Origin: an uncultured Spirochaetota bacterium
Lineage (GTDB): Bacteria; Spirochaetota; Spirochaetia; SZUA-6; Fen-1364
DNA length: 64,000 nt
Direction: 5' to 3'
NCBI GenBank assembly: GCA_963820525.1
Contig: CAWGAA010000002.1
Location: 608,001-672,000 of the forward strand
A program made the position numbers and the translations under genes. A model generated the notes under the pieces. It saw only the letters and a program-made list of their open reading frames with translations, did not search any database and had not been told where the DNA came from. Below, in pieces: positions 19,767 through 28,829 of this stretch. Each line of letters begins with the position of its first letter. Position 1 is the first letter of the stretch.

Positions 19767-20738
19767 ATGAGGCTCCCACGCCTGATATTTTTCGCGCTCT
19801 GCTCCCTTTGCCTGGCCGCGTGCTTGCCGCGCGCGATGCTGCTCTACGTTTCCGATCCCTATTGGAAGTCCATCGGCGGGAGCCAGCGCATGGAGCGCGC
19901 CCTCTCCGCGGCCGCTGAAACCCATCGCCTGCGCCTGCGTCTCGTCGTCACCGCCGCTTTCGATCCCGTTTCCGAGCGGCTGCCGAAGGAGCTTGCCCTC
20001 ACGGGAGCCGGCGTCGCCGTCATCGGGCCCCTGTTCTCCCAGGAGGCGGCGGGCATTGTCTCTTCGTATCCCTCCATCTCCTTCATCCTGATGGGCGGTC
20101 CCGCCGAGAGCTCGGCAGACGAGAACGTCATCAGCCTCCGCTTCGACAGGAGGGATGCCTTTCATACCATGGGCTTCGCGGTCGGGATCTCTCTCTCCCG
20201 GGAGCCGCACAGCGGCGCGAAGGCGGGTGTCCTCCTCCCTTCCTCCGCCGTGGGAGAAGACCCGGAGGTGAGCGCGTTCTCCCTCGGGTTGGCCGAATCT
20301 GCGGCTGGGCAGACGCCCGTGATCCGCGCGCTCGCGGATCCCGTCGACAGGGCAGCCGTGCAGAAAGCCGTCCAGGAGATGCGGGCCCAGGGAGTGGCGT
20401 ACTTCCTGCCCAAGCTGGGCGAGCTCAACCCTTCCTGCCTCGAAGCGCTGAAATCCGCCGGCGGGTGCGCAGTCACCGAAGAGTGGCAGAACTCCGGCGC
20501 CTTTGCCCAGCAGGTCTTCCTCTCGGCGGAGGACGACATTTCCGGCGGGATCGCCGCCTGCCTGGCTCAAATCGGCAAAGACACGAAGGTGGTCTATGGT
20601 CCAGTTCGAATCTTCTGCGGCAGAGCGCGGCCGGTGCCCAGCGAGGTGGCCGCGGCGGTTTCCTGCCCCAGGTCAGGGGAAAAATGTTTGACAAAGGGGG
20701 GTGCGGGAAATATAATTCGAAATGATTCATTAAGTTGA
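19767..20738 (+). CDS. Hypothetical lipoprotein, distant BMP/PnrA-like binding-protein fold
   Basis: Lipobox LAAC; IGP, SYPSISFIL and FDRRDAF segments reminiscent of BMP proteins. Confidence 0.6.
   Translation: MRLPRLIFFALCSLCLAACLPRAMLLYVSDPYWKSIGGSQRMERALSAAAETHRLRLRLVVTAAFDPVSERLPKELALTGAGVAVIGPLFSQEAAGIVSSYPSISFILMGGPAESSADENVISLRFDRRDAFHTMGFAVGISLSREPHSGAKAGVLLPSSAVGEDPEVSAFSLGLAESAAGQTPVIRALADPVDRAAVQKAVQEMRAQGVAYFLPKLGELNPSCLEALKSAGGCAVTEEWQNSGAFAQQVFLSAEDDISGGIAACLAQIGKDTKVVYGPVRIFCGRARPVPSEVAAAVSCPRSGEKCLTKGGAGNIIRNDSLS
20688..20716 (+). promoter_or_regulatory. Consensus sigma70 promoter of the flaA operon
   Basis: TTGACA (20688-20693), 17-nt spacer, TATAAT (20711-20716); lies inside the 3' end of the upstream ORF. 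Confidence 0.85.
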
Positions 20739-20769
20739 GAGAATTCCGCTATCGGCAAAGGAGAAGCGC

Positions 20770-21517
20770 ATGAGGCCAGGAATGAGAGCGTTTCCACGGA
20801 CCACACTCACCCTCCTCTTCTTCTTCACGACGGCGCTCATCCTGGCGGATGAGACGACCACGAATCTCGTATCACAGATCCTCGAGAGCTTCGATCAGCC
20901 GGATAAAACCTTCTGGATCGTGCAGGGAAGCAAGTTCACCACCTCGGGTTACCCGCAGATAAGCTTCGTCAAGGCGTGGCCGGACGCCCTCTTCGGACGG
21001 AACAAGGACAACAAGGACCTCTTCGCCCTCGGCATCCACGGCAAGTTCGACAGAAAGGCGTACGACTACATCGAGGTCATCCCCGCAAAGAAGGGAGAGG
21101 ACGGGAAGCTGGTGCCCAGCCCGATGCCCATCCCCGGCAGGGTGAAGACGCTCGATGTCTGGGTGTGGGGAGCGAACTTCAACTACTATCTCGATGTCCA
21201 CATCAGGGACTTCACGGGAGTGGACCACTCCCTCCGCCTCGGAGATCTCCTCTACGAAGGCTGGCGGGACCTTGCGGTGGACGTCCCATCGTCAATACCG
21301 CAGTCGCGCCGCACCATCCCCCGCTACCAGGGGCTCGAGCTCACCGAGTTCGTCTTGTGGACGCGGCCGGACGAGAGGGTGGATGACTTCTACGTCTTCA
21401 TAGACCAGATCAAGTGCCCTCACGGACCTTTTCGAATCGCGCTTCGACGGCGACAATCTCGCCGACATGGACACGCTGAACCAGCTCTGGTCCGCCGGGG
21501 CTCAGGCGGGGAAGTAG
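20770..21517 (+). CDS. flaA: Flagellar filament outer-layer protein FlaA (first copy), apparent +1 frameshift near 21415
   Basis: Signal peptide, PIPGRVKTLDVWVWGANFNY, GWRDL, FYVFIDQIK; the conserved tail ALTDLFESRFDGDNLAD continues in the +1 frame to TAG at 21515-21517. Confidence 0.85.
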
Positions 21518-21522
21518 GAGTT

Positions 21523-22239
21523 ATGACGATGAACACGAGACTGACGCTTGTCGTGATGCTTCTCTCGGCCGTCCTCATAACCCCTTCGTTCGCCCAGGCC
21601 GTATCGACTCCCAACGCGGCGGATATCGGCAAGGACCAGGCGCAGCAGCTGCTCAAGGAGATCTCCGTCACGAAATTCGAGGACGCCTCCTTCTGGGCGT
21701 CGGCGATGCCGCTGGACATGGGGATAGTGACCCTGCGGAGGCTGGAAGGCTCTCCCCAGGGAAAGAAACCGATAGAAGACGAACAGAAGGTCGGGATCAC
21801 GGAAGCCGACAAGTACGTGCTGGGAACCAAGGTGAACTTCTTCAGGAGGGGACCCTCCTATTGCACAGTCACGCCGGTGGCCCCGATGCCCGTGGAAGGG
21901 AACGTGAAGACGATCTCTCTCTGGGTGGTCGGGAGGAACTACAATCACATCCTCAAGCTCATTGTTCGGGACTATTACGGCAAGCAGATGGAGCTGACCC
22001 TGGGGAGGCTGAACTTCCTGGGTTGGAAGCAGATGGTCGTCGCCGTGCCTCCCGGCATCGTGCAGACCGAGTTCCATTACGCCTATCAAAGCGGGCTGAA
22101 GATCATCGGGTTCAGGATCGATTTCGATCCGATTGAGGATTTCGGCTCCTATTACGTCTACTTCGACGACATGCGGGCCGTCACGGACCTGTTCGGCGAA
22201 GCGAAACGCGACGTTGACGACATGGTCGACAGCTGGTAG
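21523..22239 (+). CDS. flaA: Flagellar filament outer-layer protein FlaA (second copy)
   Basis: Own RBS AGGAG and signal peptide; KTISLWVVGRNYNH, LNFLGWKQM, YYVYFDDMRAVTDLF, DDMVDSW. Confidence 0.9.
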   Translation: MTMNTRLTLVVMLLSAVLITPSFAQAVSTPNAADIGKDQAQQLLKEISVTKFEDASFWASAMPLDMGIVTLRRLEGSPQGKKPIEDEQKVGITEADKYVLGTKVNFFRRGPSYCTVTPVAPMPVEGNVKTISLWVVGRNYNHILKLIVRDYYGKQMELTLGRLNFLGWKQMVVAVPPGIVQTEFHYAYQSGLKIIGFRIDFDPIEDFGSYYVYFDDMRAVTDLFGEAKRDVDDMVDSW

Positions 22240-22271
22240 GACCTCGATTCGCTACGCAACGCCGCAATTAG

Positions 22272-22304
22272 AAAGCCCTCGCGACCTTTGAGGGCTTTTC
22301 TTTT
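22272..22304 (+). terminator. Intrinsic terminator of the flaA operon
   Basis: AAAGCCCTC-9 nt-GAGGGCTTT followed by TCTTTT. Confidence 0.8.
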
Positions 22305-22331
22305 GCCTTTTCGCATGGTAGACTCCGCCCC

Positions 22332-23153
22332 ATGACCCCTGAGGAGGAGCTGAAAAAGCTCAACCGGCTCATCAAACAGTACGAAACTGTGTACCGCACG
22401 GCCTCAGACGGTGAGCAGCGGGAGAGAGTCGCCAAGGAGCTGAAGCAGCTGCGAAGCTACCGCGACAAGATCCTCGCCGTAAACGTCATCGACGATGAAG
22501 ATCTCGAGGAGCCTCCCCAGGACGATGATGAGCTCGTCGAATACCCCATTCTCCAGATGCTCATGGAAGAGCGGGAGAGAGCAAAAGCGGCCCGCCTCAG
22601 CACGGGCGCGATCGAAGGTCCCGACAATCCCGAAGGCGAGCGCGAGATGTCGAACATCTGCCTCTATACGGGGTTCTTCGAAAGGGAGTACATCCCGTTT
22701 CTCACCGAGATGAGGCTCAAGCTCGATTTCAAGTTCTCCATGGAGAGGGACGGCTTCTACGGAAGGTTCCAGGACCTGATGCGAAAGATCGCGGACTACG
22801 AGGACGAGGCCCGCCGGCTTTCACAGGGAACGTTCACCAAGGAGATGGAGCTGGAGGTGAGGAAGCGCGCCTTCAAGTTGAAGAGGATCCTGGAGGTGGA
22901 GGCGAGCCGCTTCTTTCGCGCGATCAAGCGCTTCACCGCGCACCTCATCGAAGACGCGCATACCGACGGCGTGAAATGCCTGAACGCCGATGAGCCGATC
23001 GTCTTCGACAAGATCGAGGGAAAGCGCCTGCTCGCGGGGAAGCTCGTCGTGAACGCGCTGGAGGATCTTGGGGCTTATGCCGATGAGGTGATCAGCTACC
23101 TCAACATACCGGAGCTGGAGTCTCAGGAGAACGAGCGTGCAGATAGATATTGA
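22332..23153 (+). CDS. Hypothetical helical protein
   Basis: 273-aa ORF with host-like codon usage; overlaps the bactofilin start. Confidence 0.75.
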   Translation: MTPEEELKKLNRLIKQYETVYRTASDGEQRERVAKELKQLRSYRDKILAVNVIDDEDLEEPPQDDDELVEYPILQMLMEERERAKAARLSTGAIEGPDNPEGEREMSNICLYTGFFEREYIPFLTEMRLKLDFKFSMERDGFYGRFQDLMRKIADYEDEARRLSQGTFTKEMELEVRKRAFKLKRILEVEASRFFRAIKRFTAHLIEDAHTDGVKCLNADEPIVFDKIEGKRLLAGKLVVNALEDLGAYADEVISYLNIPELESQENERADRY

Positions 23154-23517
23154 GGCGAACTCCACAATCGGGGAGCAGTCCTTCTTCGAAGGCCGCTTCG
23201 CCATCCGGGGAAGCCTGCGTATCGACGGCACCTTCGAAGGCCAGGCCCTCCAGGTGGATCAACTGCAGATCGGACCCAAGGGCAGGGTCAAAACGGAAAT
23301 AACCGCGACGAGCGTGGTGGTGGAGGGAATCGTCATCGGCAACATCGCGGCCTCCCGCCGGATCCTGCTCCTCTCCTCCGCGCGGGTGCTCGGCGACGTC
23401 AAGACCCCGGAGCTCATCATCCAGGACGGGGTGGTCCTCGAGGGCAAATGCACGATCAGCCACGTGCAGATCGAGAACACGCAAAGCTATATCGAATCGC
23501 TCTACGGGAAACAGTGA
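23137..23517 (+). CDS. Bactofilin (polymer-forming cytoskeletal protein)
   Basis: STIGEQSFFEG, LRIDGTFEG, IGPKGRV, VVVEGIVIGNI, GVVLEGKC beta-helix repeats. Confidence 0.92.
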   Translation: MQIDIEANSTIGEQSFFEGRFAIRGSLRIDGTFEGQALQVDQLQIGPKGRVKTEITATSVVVEGIVIGNIAASRRILLLSSARVLGDVKTPELIIQDGVVLEGKCTISHVQIENTQSYIESLYGKQ

Positions 23518-24683
23518 TGGAAAAGTATCGGATGCTCAAGGACGTGTATTTCTTCCAGGGCCTCTCCCAGGAGGAGATCCGGAGGGTGGCCGACGTCTGC
23601 CAGGAGGAAGCCTTCCAACCCGGCAGCACAATCTTCCTGGAAGGCTCGCGGGCCGACAAATTCTACATCATCCTCGACGGCACGGTGGAGGTGTGGAAGG
23701 ACTTCCTGCAGGAGGAGCGGGACCTGCTCGCCGTGCATACGGCGGGACACCTCTTCGGCGAGATGGCCCTCATCGACGACCTGCCGAGGAGCGCCACGGT
23801 CGTGGCGAAGGACAACGTGCGCCTGCTTTCCATCGGCCGGGAGGACTTCCAGAGGATCATCAGGGAGAACAGCTCCGTGGCCCTCTCGATCATGCGCTCG
23901 GTCTCCTCGATGGTCCGCATGTCAAACGAGACCTTTGTCGACAACCTGCGCAGGAGGAACAGCGAGCTGGTGCGGGCCAACCGGGAGCTGAAGAAAACCC
24001 AGGACAAGCTCCTGCGCGCCGAGCGGCTGTCCATGCTGGGAAAGTTCTCCTCCCTGATCCTTCACGACATCAGAAACCCCATCGCAATCCTGCGCGGCTT
24101 CGCGGAGATGATCACGATTCACTCCGAGGAGCCCGAGGTGATCAAGCGCTACGTCGGAAAGATCGTGGCCGAGGCGGACCGCCTGAACAGGATCGCGAGC
24201 GAGCTCCTCGACTATTCCCGCGGCGAGATAGCGCTCAACATGTCCATCGTGGACCTGCGGGAGCTGGTGGGCAAGGCCGTGGAGATCGTGAGCGAACGCT
24301 TCGCCTCGAAGAACATCCAGATCCGCACCGACATCCGCTACCCGGGACCGGTTGTAATCGACAACGAGCGGATGCTGCGCGTGCTTTTGAACCTTGCCGA
24401 CAACTCCCGAAAGGCCATGCCGCAGGGCGGGACCTTCACCATCCAGGTGGACAAGCAGGACAAGCGGCTCATCTTCGAGGTCTCCGACACGGGAGTCGGG
24501 ATGGACAAGGACGTGCAGAAGAGGCTCTTCGAGCCCTTCTTCACGCATGCCGCCGAAGGCGGGACGGGGCTCGGCATGACGATCGTCAAAAACATCGTGG
24601 ACGCCCACGAGGGCAGCCTCGCTTTCACGAGCAGGAAAAACGAGGGGACCACGATCCGCATATCGATCCCCGTTCCGGGGTAG
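23517..24683 (+). CDS. Cytoplasmic histidine kinase with N-terminal cyclic-nucleotide-binding domain
   Basis: FGEMALIDDLPRSATV, H-box LHDIRNP, NLADNS, DTGVG, GGTGLG; TGATG coupling to bactofilin. Confidence 0.92.
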   Translation: MEKYRMLKDVYFFQGLSQEEIRRVADVCQEEAFQPGSTIFLEGSRADKFYIILDGTVEVWKDFLQEERDLLAVHTAGHLFGEMALIDDLPRSATVVAKDNVRLLSIGREDFQRIIRENSSVALSIMRSVSSMVRMSNETFVDNLRRRNSELVRANRELKKTQDKLLRAERLSMLGKFSSLILHDIRNPIAILRGFAEMITIHSEEPEVIKRYVGKIVAEADRLNRIASELLDYSRGEIALNMSIVDLRELVGKAVEIVSERFASKNIQIRTDIRYPGPVVIDNERMLRVLLNLADNSRKAMPQGGTFTIQVDKQDKRLIFEVSDTGVGMDKDVQKRLFEPFFTHAAEGGTGLGMTIVKNIVDAHEGSLAFTSRKNEGTTIRISIPVPG

Positions 24684-24804
24684 GGAAGCCTGCCTCGGCT
24701 CGAGCGACCGCCCGTTGTGCGGCGCGTATCGCCTCAGCGGTTTGGAGGCCGTTTATACGCCGATTGAGGGCGCGCCCCGCGCGCCGTTCGTTCTTTCGCG
24801 GCAC

Positions 24805-24833
24805 TTGACAAACGACTTTCGTTTGGCTACATA
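24805..24833 (+). promoter_or_regulatory. Probable sigma70 promoter of the tRNA pair
   Basis: TTGACA, 17 nt, TACATA (imperfect -10), 14 nt before tRNA-Gln. Confidence 0.55.
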
Positions 24834-24847
24834 TCACAGAGAATCGT

Positions 24848-24918
24848 TTCCCGGTAGTGTAATGGTAGCACAAAAGACTCTGGATCTTTTTGTGGGGGTT
24901 CAAATCCTCCCCGGGAAA
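24848..24918 (+). tRNA. tRNA-Gln (CTG)
   Basis: Acceptor TTCCCGG/CCGGGAA, anticodon arm AAAGA-CTCTGGA-TCTTT, T-loop GTTCAAATC; CCA not encoded. Confidence 0.95.
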
Positions 24919-24960
24919 ATGCAAGGCCGCTCGTGAGGCGGCGCAGAGCATGACCGAAGT

Positions 24961-25032
24961 GGCCCCTTCGTCTATCGGTTAGGACATGAGATTCTCAATC
25001 TTAAAAGAGGGGTTCGATTCCCCTAGGGGCTA
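24961..25032 (+). tRNA. tRNA-Glu (CTC)
   Basis: Acceptor GGCCCCT/AGGGGCT, anticodon arm TGAGA-TTCTCAA-TCTTA, T-loop GTTCGATTC; CCA not encoded. Confidence 0.95.
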
Positions 25033-25035
25033 AGC

Positions 25036-25062
25036 GGAGCGCACAAGCGCTCCTTTTTATTT
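25036..25062 (+). terminator. Intrinsic terminator after the tRNAs
   Basis: GGAGCGC-ACAA-GCGCTCC followed by TTTTTATTT. Confidence 0.85.
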
Positions 25063-25657
25063 CTTGGGAAAAAGCCAGCGCGATACTTCCTCTGACTCCC
25101 TGTGCTGGAGATGGGACGATCGGCTAGCCTATCTGCACTGACCTGACAGACATGGAAGACAGTAGAAACTCAGTCCGTCGAACTAATGTTGAGCGGCGAC
25201 ATTGCGTCCGCGCGAAAGCCGAAGGGAGAGAGTTTCGAGGAATGGCTGCACTGTGGTGGCGTTTCGAAACCTACCCCATATCCGTGAGAGGATCAAGCAC
25301 GCCAAGTCAGAGGGATAATTGAGGAGGCCGCGTTTAATCCATGGTTACAATAACTTTCTTCTGCAAGTCCCAACGCACCCAGGGCGAAGCGCTTCAATTT
25401 GAGATCGGTTCACGTAATAGACTCGAAGCATAAGTGACGGTATGCCGTAATTCGAAGTTCTTGAGATGTCCCATCCGGAAAGTTGACGCGTAGGATTGGC
25501 CGAAGCCGGGTCGTTCGCCATGCTCTGCGGGATGATTCGCTATCCGGCTACCCAGCGCCGATCCCTTTCATTGATCGGAGCCTTCACATTAACGGCGGAT
25601 ACTGCGCGGGCTATAATTTGTGTTTCAGTCCTTGGAGAAGTGCCCCAAAGAGGGTCT

Positions 25658-26113
25658 ATGAGATTGGTAAAAGGCTGCTGTATCCTGCTGGCTTTTACTG
25701 GCCTCGCCTCCTGTCAAAGCTTGCCAAACCTCGACCAGCTCACTTTAGACCTTTCATCCTATTCCTACCCCGTCATGCTTAGCACGGTTGCGGATCACGG
25801 AAATCTACTGTTTTTCCCGTTCGAATCTGGCTGGTCATCAACAGTAATTCAATCATCCACGCACAAGGAAGATGCGACAAATCCCGCGACAAGCACAACT
25901 ATTTCGCAGAACATCGGCAGTCCTCTCTCCCAGCAGATCTCTGCTGGTACATCCCGGGTCCGGCCTGATTGGATTCTCCTCGCTTCCGTGCGCATACGTG
26001 CCATGTTCAGATCAACTTGGGTTTCGGACACCGAGGACTATCGCATTCGGGTAGAAGTAGCAGCGCCAACAGGCGCAGGGAAAGACCAGGCGCCGGTGAT
26101 GAATAATCGATAG
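25658..26113 (+). CDS. Hypothetical lipoprotein
   Basis: MRLVKGCCILLAFTGLASC lipobox; lower-GC codon usage. Confidence 0.65.
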   Translation: MRLVKGCCILLAFTGLASCQSLPNLDQLTLDLSSYSYPVMLSTVADHGNLLFFPFESGWSSTVIQSSTHKEDATNPATSTTISQNIGSPLSQQISAGTSRVRPDWILLASVRIRAMFRSTWVSDTEDYRIRVEVAAPTGAGKDQAPVMNNR

Positions 26114-26123
26114 TGGAACTCTC

Positions 26124-26693
26124 ATGAGCAGCGCTTTGAAAAAAGCAAGATGTGGTCTGTCGATCATATCCGTTTTCGCTCTGGGAGTGCTCTCGTGCGC
26201 GTCGATAAATCAGACCCTGCTACTGGCGCCACTCCCGCCGAGCCTTCCGGTCTCAGCCTCCCCTTTCATCATCGTCAATGGCCAAATCCTGTCGCAACAG
26301 GACTATACGGTCCTGCAATCATTCAAATTTGAGAAATCCATCAGGTGTCCGCTGACATCAAAACAGATCACCTTCGATCTGTCGAAAGATCTGAATGAAA
26401 TCGCGGGTAAGGTGCAGGCGGATGCTATTACTGATCTGAGCATACGCGTGAAAAATGTACAGCATTGCGATATTTCATGGGTGTTGCTTGAGGGAGGAAT
26501 CGGATCTTTTATATTTGCCGCTGAAACCTACAGCACTGCGAGCGCTCTGATAAAAGGGGATCCGCACTGGGCTATAAATCTCAACGGTCTCGGGCTTGGT
26601 GCTGCTATTCTCGGCGTCTGCTACCTCCATTACAGCGTTGGCTCGAACAATTTCATCCTTGACATCGCCGGAAACGCAGTACAAATGAATTGA
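26124..26693 (+). CDS. Hypothetical lipoprotein with C-terminal hydrophobic segments
   Basis: Lipobox VLSC; lower-GC codon usage. Confidence 0.65.
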   Translation: MSSALKKARCGLSIISVFALGVLSCASINQTLLLAPLPPSLPVSASPFIIVNGQILSQQDYTVLQSFKFEKSIRCPLTSKQITFDLSKDLNEIAGKVQADAITDLSIRVKNVQHCDISWVLLEGGIGSFIFAAETYSTASALIKGDPHWAINLNGLGLGAAILGVCYLHYSVGSNNFILDIAGNAVQMN

Positions 26694-26778
26694 ATCCTCG
26701 CCAGCATGAAGCGGCTGCCGCCCCTGTCACCAAAAGGCTCCTTGAAGATTCGTTCGGCAGAGGCTACGATGGCCGATC

Positions 26779-27582
26779 ATGCGATACGTTCTGGTCACCG
26801 GCGCCTGCGGCGGGCTTGGTTCCTGCGTGTGTGACCTCCTTGCGGCATCAGGAGCAACGATCTTTGCATCTGACTCTGATCACCGCGCGCTGCGCCGTCT
26901 TGCCGGAAGGCCGGGCTTCGTTCCCCTCCCCATGGACGTGACCAGGACCAGGGACATATCGCGAGCGCTGAGGAAGATCGAGACGGTGACGGACGGCCTG
27001 GAGGGGCTGGTGTGCTGTGCCGGGATCTTCACGGCCGGTCCCCTTGTCGAAGCCGATGATGATGAGATGAGCAGAATCCTCGATGTCAACGTGATGGGGG
27101 CATTCCGGATCGTCAGGGAGTGCTTTCCACTCCTGAGAAGGCGCTTTGGGACCGTGGTGCTGATCGGATCGGAATCCTCCCGCTGCGCCATGCCTTTCAA
27201 CGGACCCTACACGGTGAGCAAGTCAGCCCTCCAGGCGTATGCAGATACGCTTCGGCGCGAGCTGATGTTTGTCGGCGTCCGGGTAACCTTGGTGATGCCG
27301 GGCGCAATCAGGACACCGTTGCTGACCGGCGCGGGTTTGAAAATCGAAAGCCGCGAAGCCAGAACTCTATTTCCTGCGCAGCTTGGTCTTGTCCGCCGCA
27401 TGCTTTCCAAGCAGTACGAAAAAGCGATGCAGCCGATGAGGGCTGCGCGTGTAGTCATGCGCGCACTTAATGCGCGAATGCCCCGGCCGTACTACAGGGT
27501 GGGCAACGATCCTCTGCGTATGATGCTCGCAAGGCTTCCCGCCTCGTGGACTGACGCGCTCATCAAGGCGTTCGGGTCGTGA
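26779..27582 (+). CDS. SDR family oxidoreductase
   Basis: VTGACGGLG, YTVSK catalytic motif, LRREL. Confidence 0.9.
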   Translation: MRYVLVTGACGGLGSCVCDLLAASGATIFASDSDHRALRRLAGRPGFVPLPMDVTRTRDISRALRKIETVTDGLEGLVCCAGIFTAGPLVEADDDEMSRILDVNVMGAFRIVRECFPLLRRRFGTVVLIGSESSRCAMPFNGPYTVSKSALQAYADTLRRELMFVGVRVTLVMPGAIRTPLLTGAGLKIESREARTLFPAQLGLVRRMLSKQYEKAMQPMRAARVVMRALNARMPRPYYRVGNDPLRMMLARLPASWTDALIKAFGS

Positions 27583-27591
27583 AACTGAAGT

Positions 27592-28638
27592 TCAGTGAAG
27601 CGATGCAACGTCCCTGGTGAGCTTTCCCGTGATCGGAACCGGCTTCATTCTGGACGGGAGCTTCAGGAACTGGTAGCGGTCCACGGAGTGGACATCCACC
27701 ACTTGCACGGACATGTCGTGGAGCACGCTGATGTGGATCGTCGCTCCGGGCCTGCCCGCCGCCCAGACCTTGCGATAGAAATCCGCGAGGCCTTCGACCT
27801 GTTTGTCTTCCACCGCGAGGAGGATGTCGCCGGCGCGCATGCCCGCCGCATCCGCCGGTCCCTGGGGGCTGACCTCGCGGATGAGGACCCTGCCCTGAGA
27901 TTCAGCCAGGGTGATCCCCAGCCACGGGCGCACGGATTCCGCGGAACGGCCGTCTGAAATCAGGCTTTTGAGTATCGGCTTGAGAAGCTCGATGGGCACG
28001 AACATATTGCACGGCACTCCTCCAACGGTGGGAACGGCCAAGATCGTGAAGATGGAGCCGATCCCGACAAGCTTGCCCCCGCTCACAAGGGCCGCACCGC
28101 CGAATGCGGGATACGCTGGAGCCGCATAAATCGCATTGTCCAGGAGATACTCCCAATAGCCGGCAAACTCGCCCTTGAGAATAATGCGAACCGGCTGGGG
28201 ATCGTCGCCGAAACCGATCACGTGCAGGGTATCGCCTATCTGGAGACTGGATGAATCTCCCAGCTCCATGGGTGCCGCGCTCAGATGCTCCCTGCTCCTC
28301 ACCAGCCCGAAACCCGTGCTCACGTCGTAGGCCACGAAATCGGCGGCGGAAAACCCACCGTGGGAATCGATTACCCCGATGGTTTCCGCCTCGAGGATGA
28401 GGTAGCCGATCGTGAGGATGAGGCCGCTGGAATCAATGAGCACGCCGGTTCCCTCCCGCTCGGCCCCCAGAGAGGAAGCGCTGGAGGCATCCGGTGGAAC
28501 AAAGACCCGCAGCTTGACGATCGAGTCGGTTGCCTCGCCCGTCTGATCATCCGCGAACGCGGGCATTCCCCGCGCAATGAAGAAGGACAGCGCACAAGCG
28601 CTGATAACTATTCGAAGGTAGGACGGCATTGGCATCAC
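27592..28638 (-). CDS. Exported trypsin-like (S1C/HtrA) + PDZ protein with degenerate catalytic triad
   Basis: Signal peptide, GTGVLID, LGDSSSL, RPWLGI PDZ loop, GPADAAGMRAGD. Confidence 0.85.
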   Translation of the reverse strand: MMPMPSYLRIVISACALSFFIARGMPAFADDQTGEATDSIVKLRVFVPPDASSASSLGAEREGTGVLIDSSGLILTIGYLILEAETIGVIDSHGGFSAADFVAYDVSTGFGLVRSREHLSAAPMELGDSSSLQIGDTLHVIGFGDDPQPVRIILKGEFAGYWEYLLDNAIYAAPAYPAFGGAALVSGGKLVGIGSIFTILAVPTVGGVPCNMFVPIELLKPILKSLISDGRSAESVRPWLGITLAESQGRVLIREVSPQGPADAAGMRAGDILLAVEDKQVEGLADFYRKVWAAGRPGATIHISVLHDMSVQVVDVHSVDRYQFLKLPSRMKPVPITGKLTRDVASLH

Positions 28639-28829
28639 CTCCTGCCGTTTTTCAGAGAAACCGCCTTTTCGGTGGATTCGCCTCCTTCAATGTAAGAAAA
28701 ATGGGGCAGGGGGTGGTGAAAATCGAAACAGGGCGAGGGGGCTCTTGGCGCCGATTGCGGAGCCGGCGGTCGAGCGGCAGTCGGAGCCGTTGGGGCCCCG
28801 ACCTTCCTTTGCACCGCGCGGCGCCATCC

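Noticed and set aside
20770..22239. One natural 489-aa double-FlaA protein
   Set aside because: The junction is out-of-frame sequence; the second copy has its own RBS and signal peptide
24961..26760. Integrative element or prophage at tRNA-Glu
   Set aside because: No integrase, phage genes or attR duplication visible
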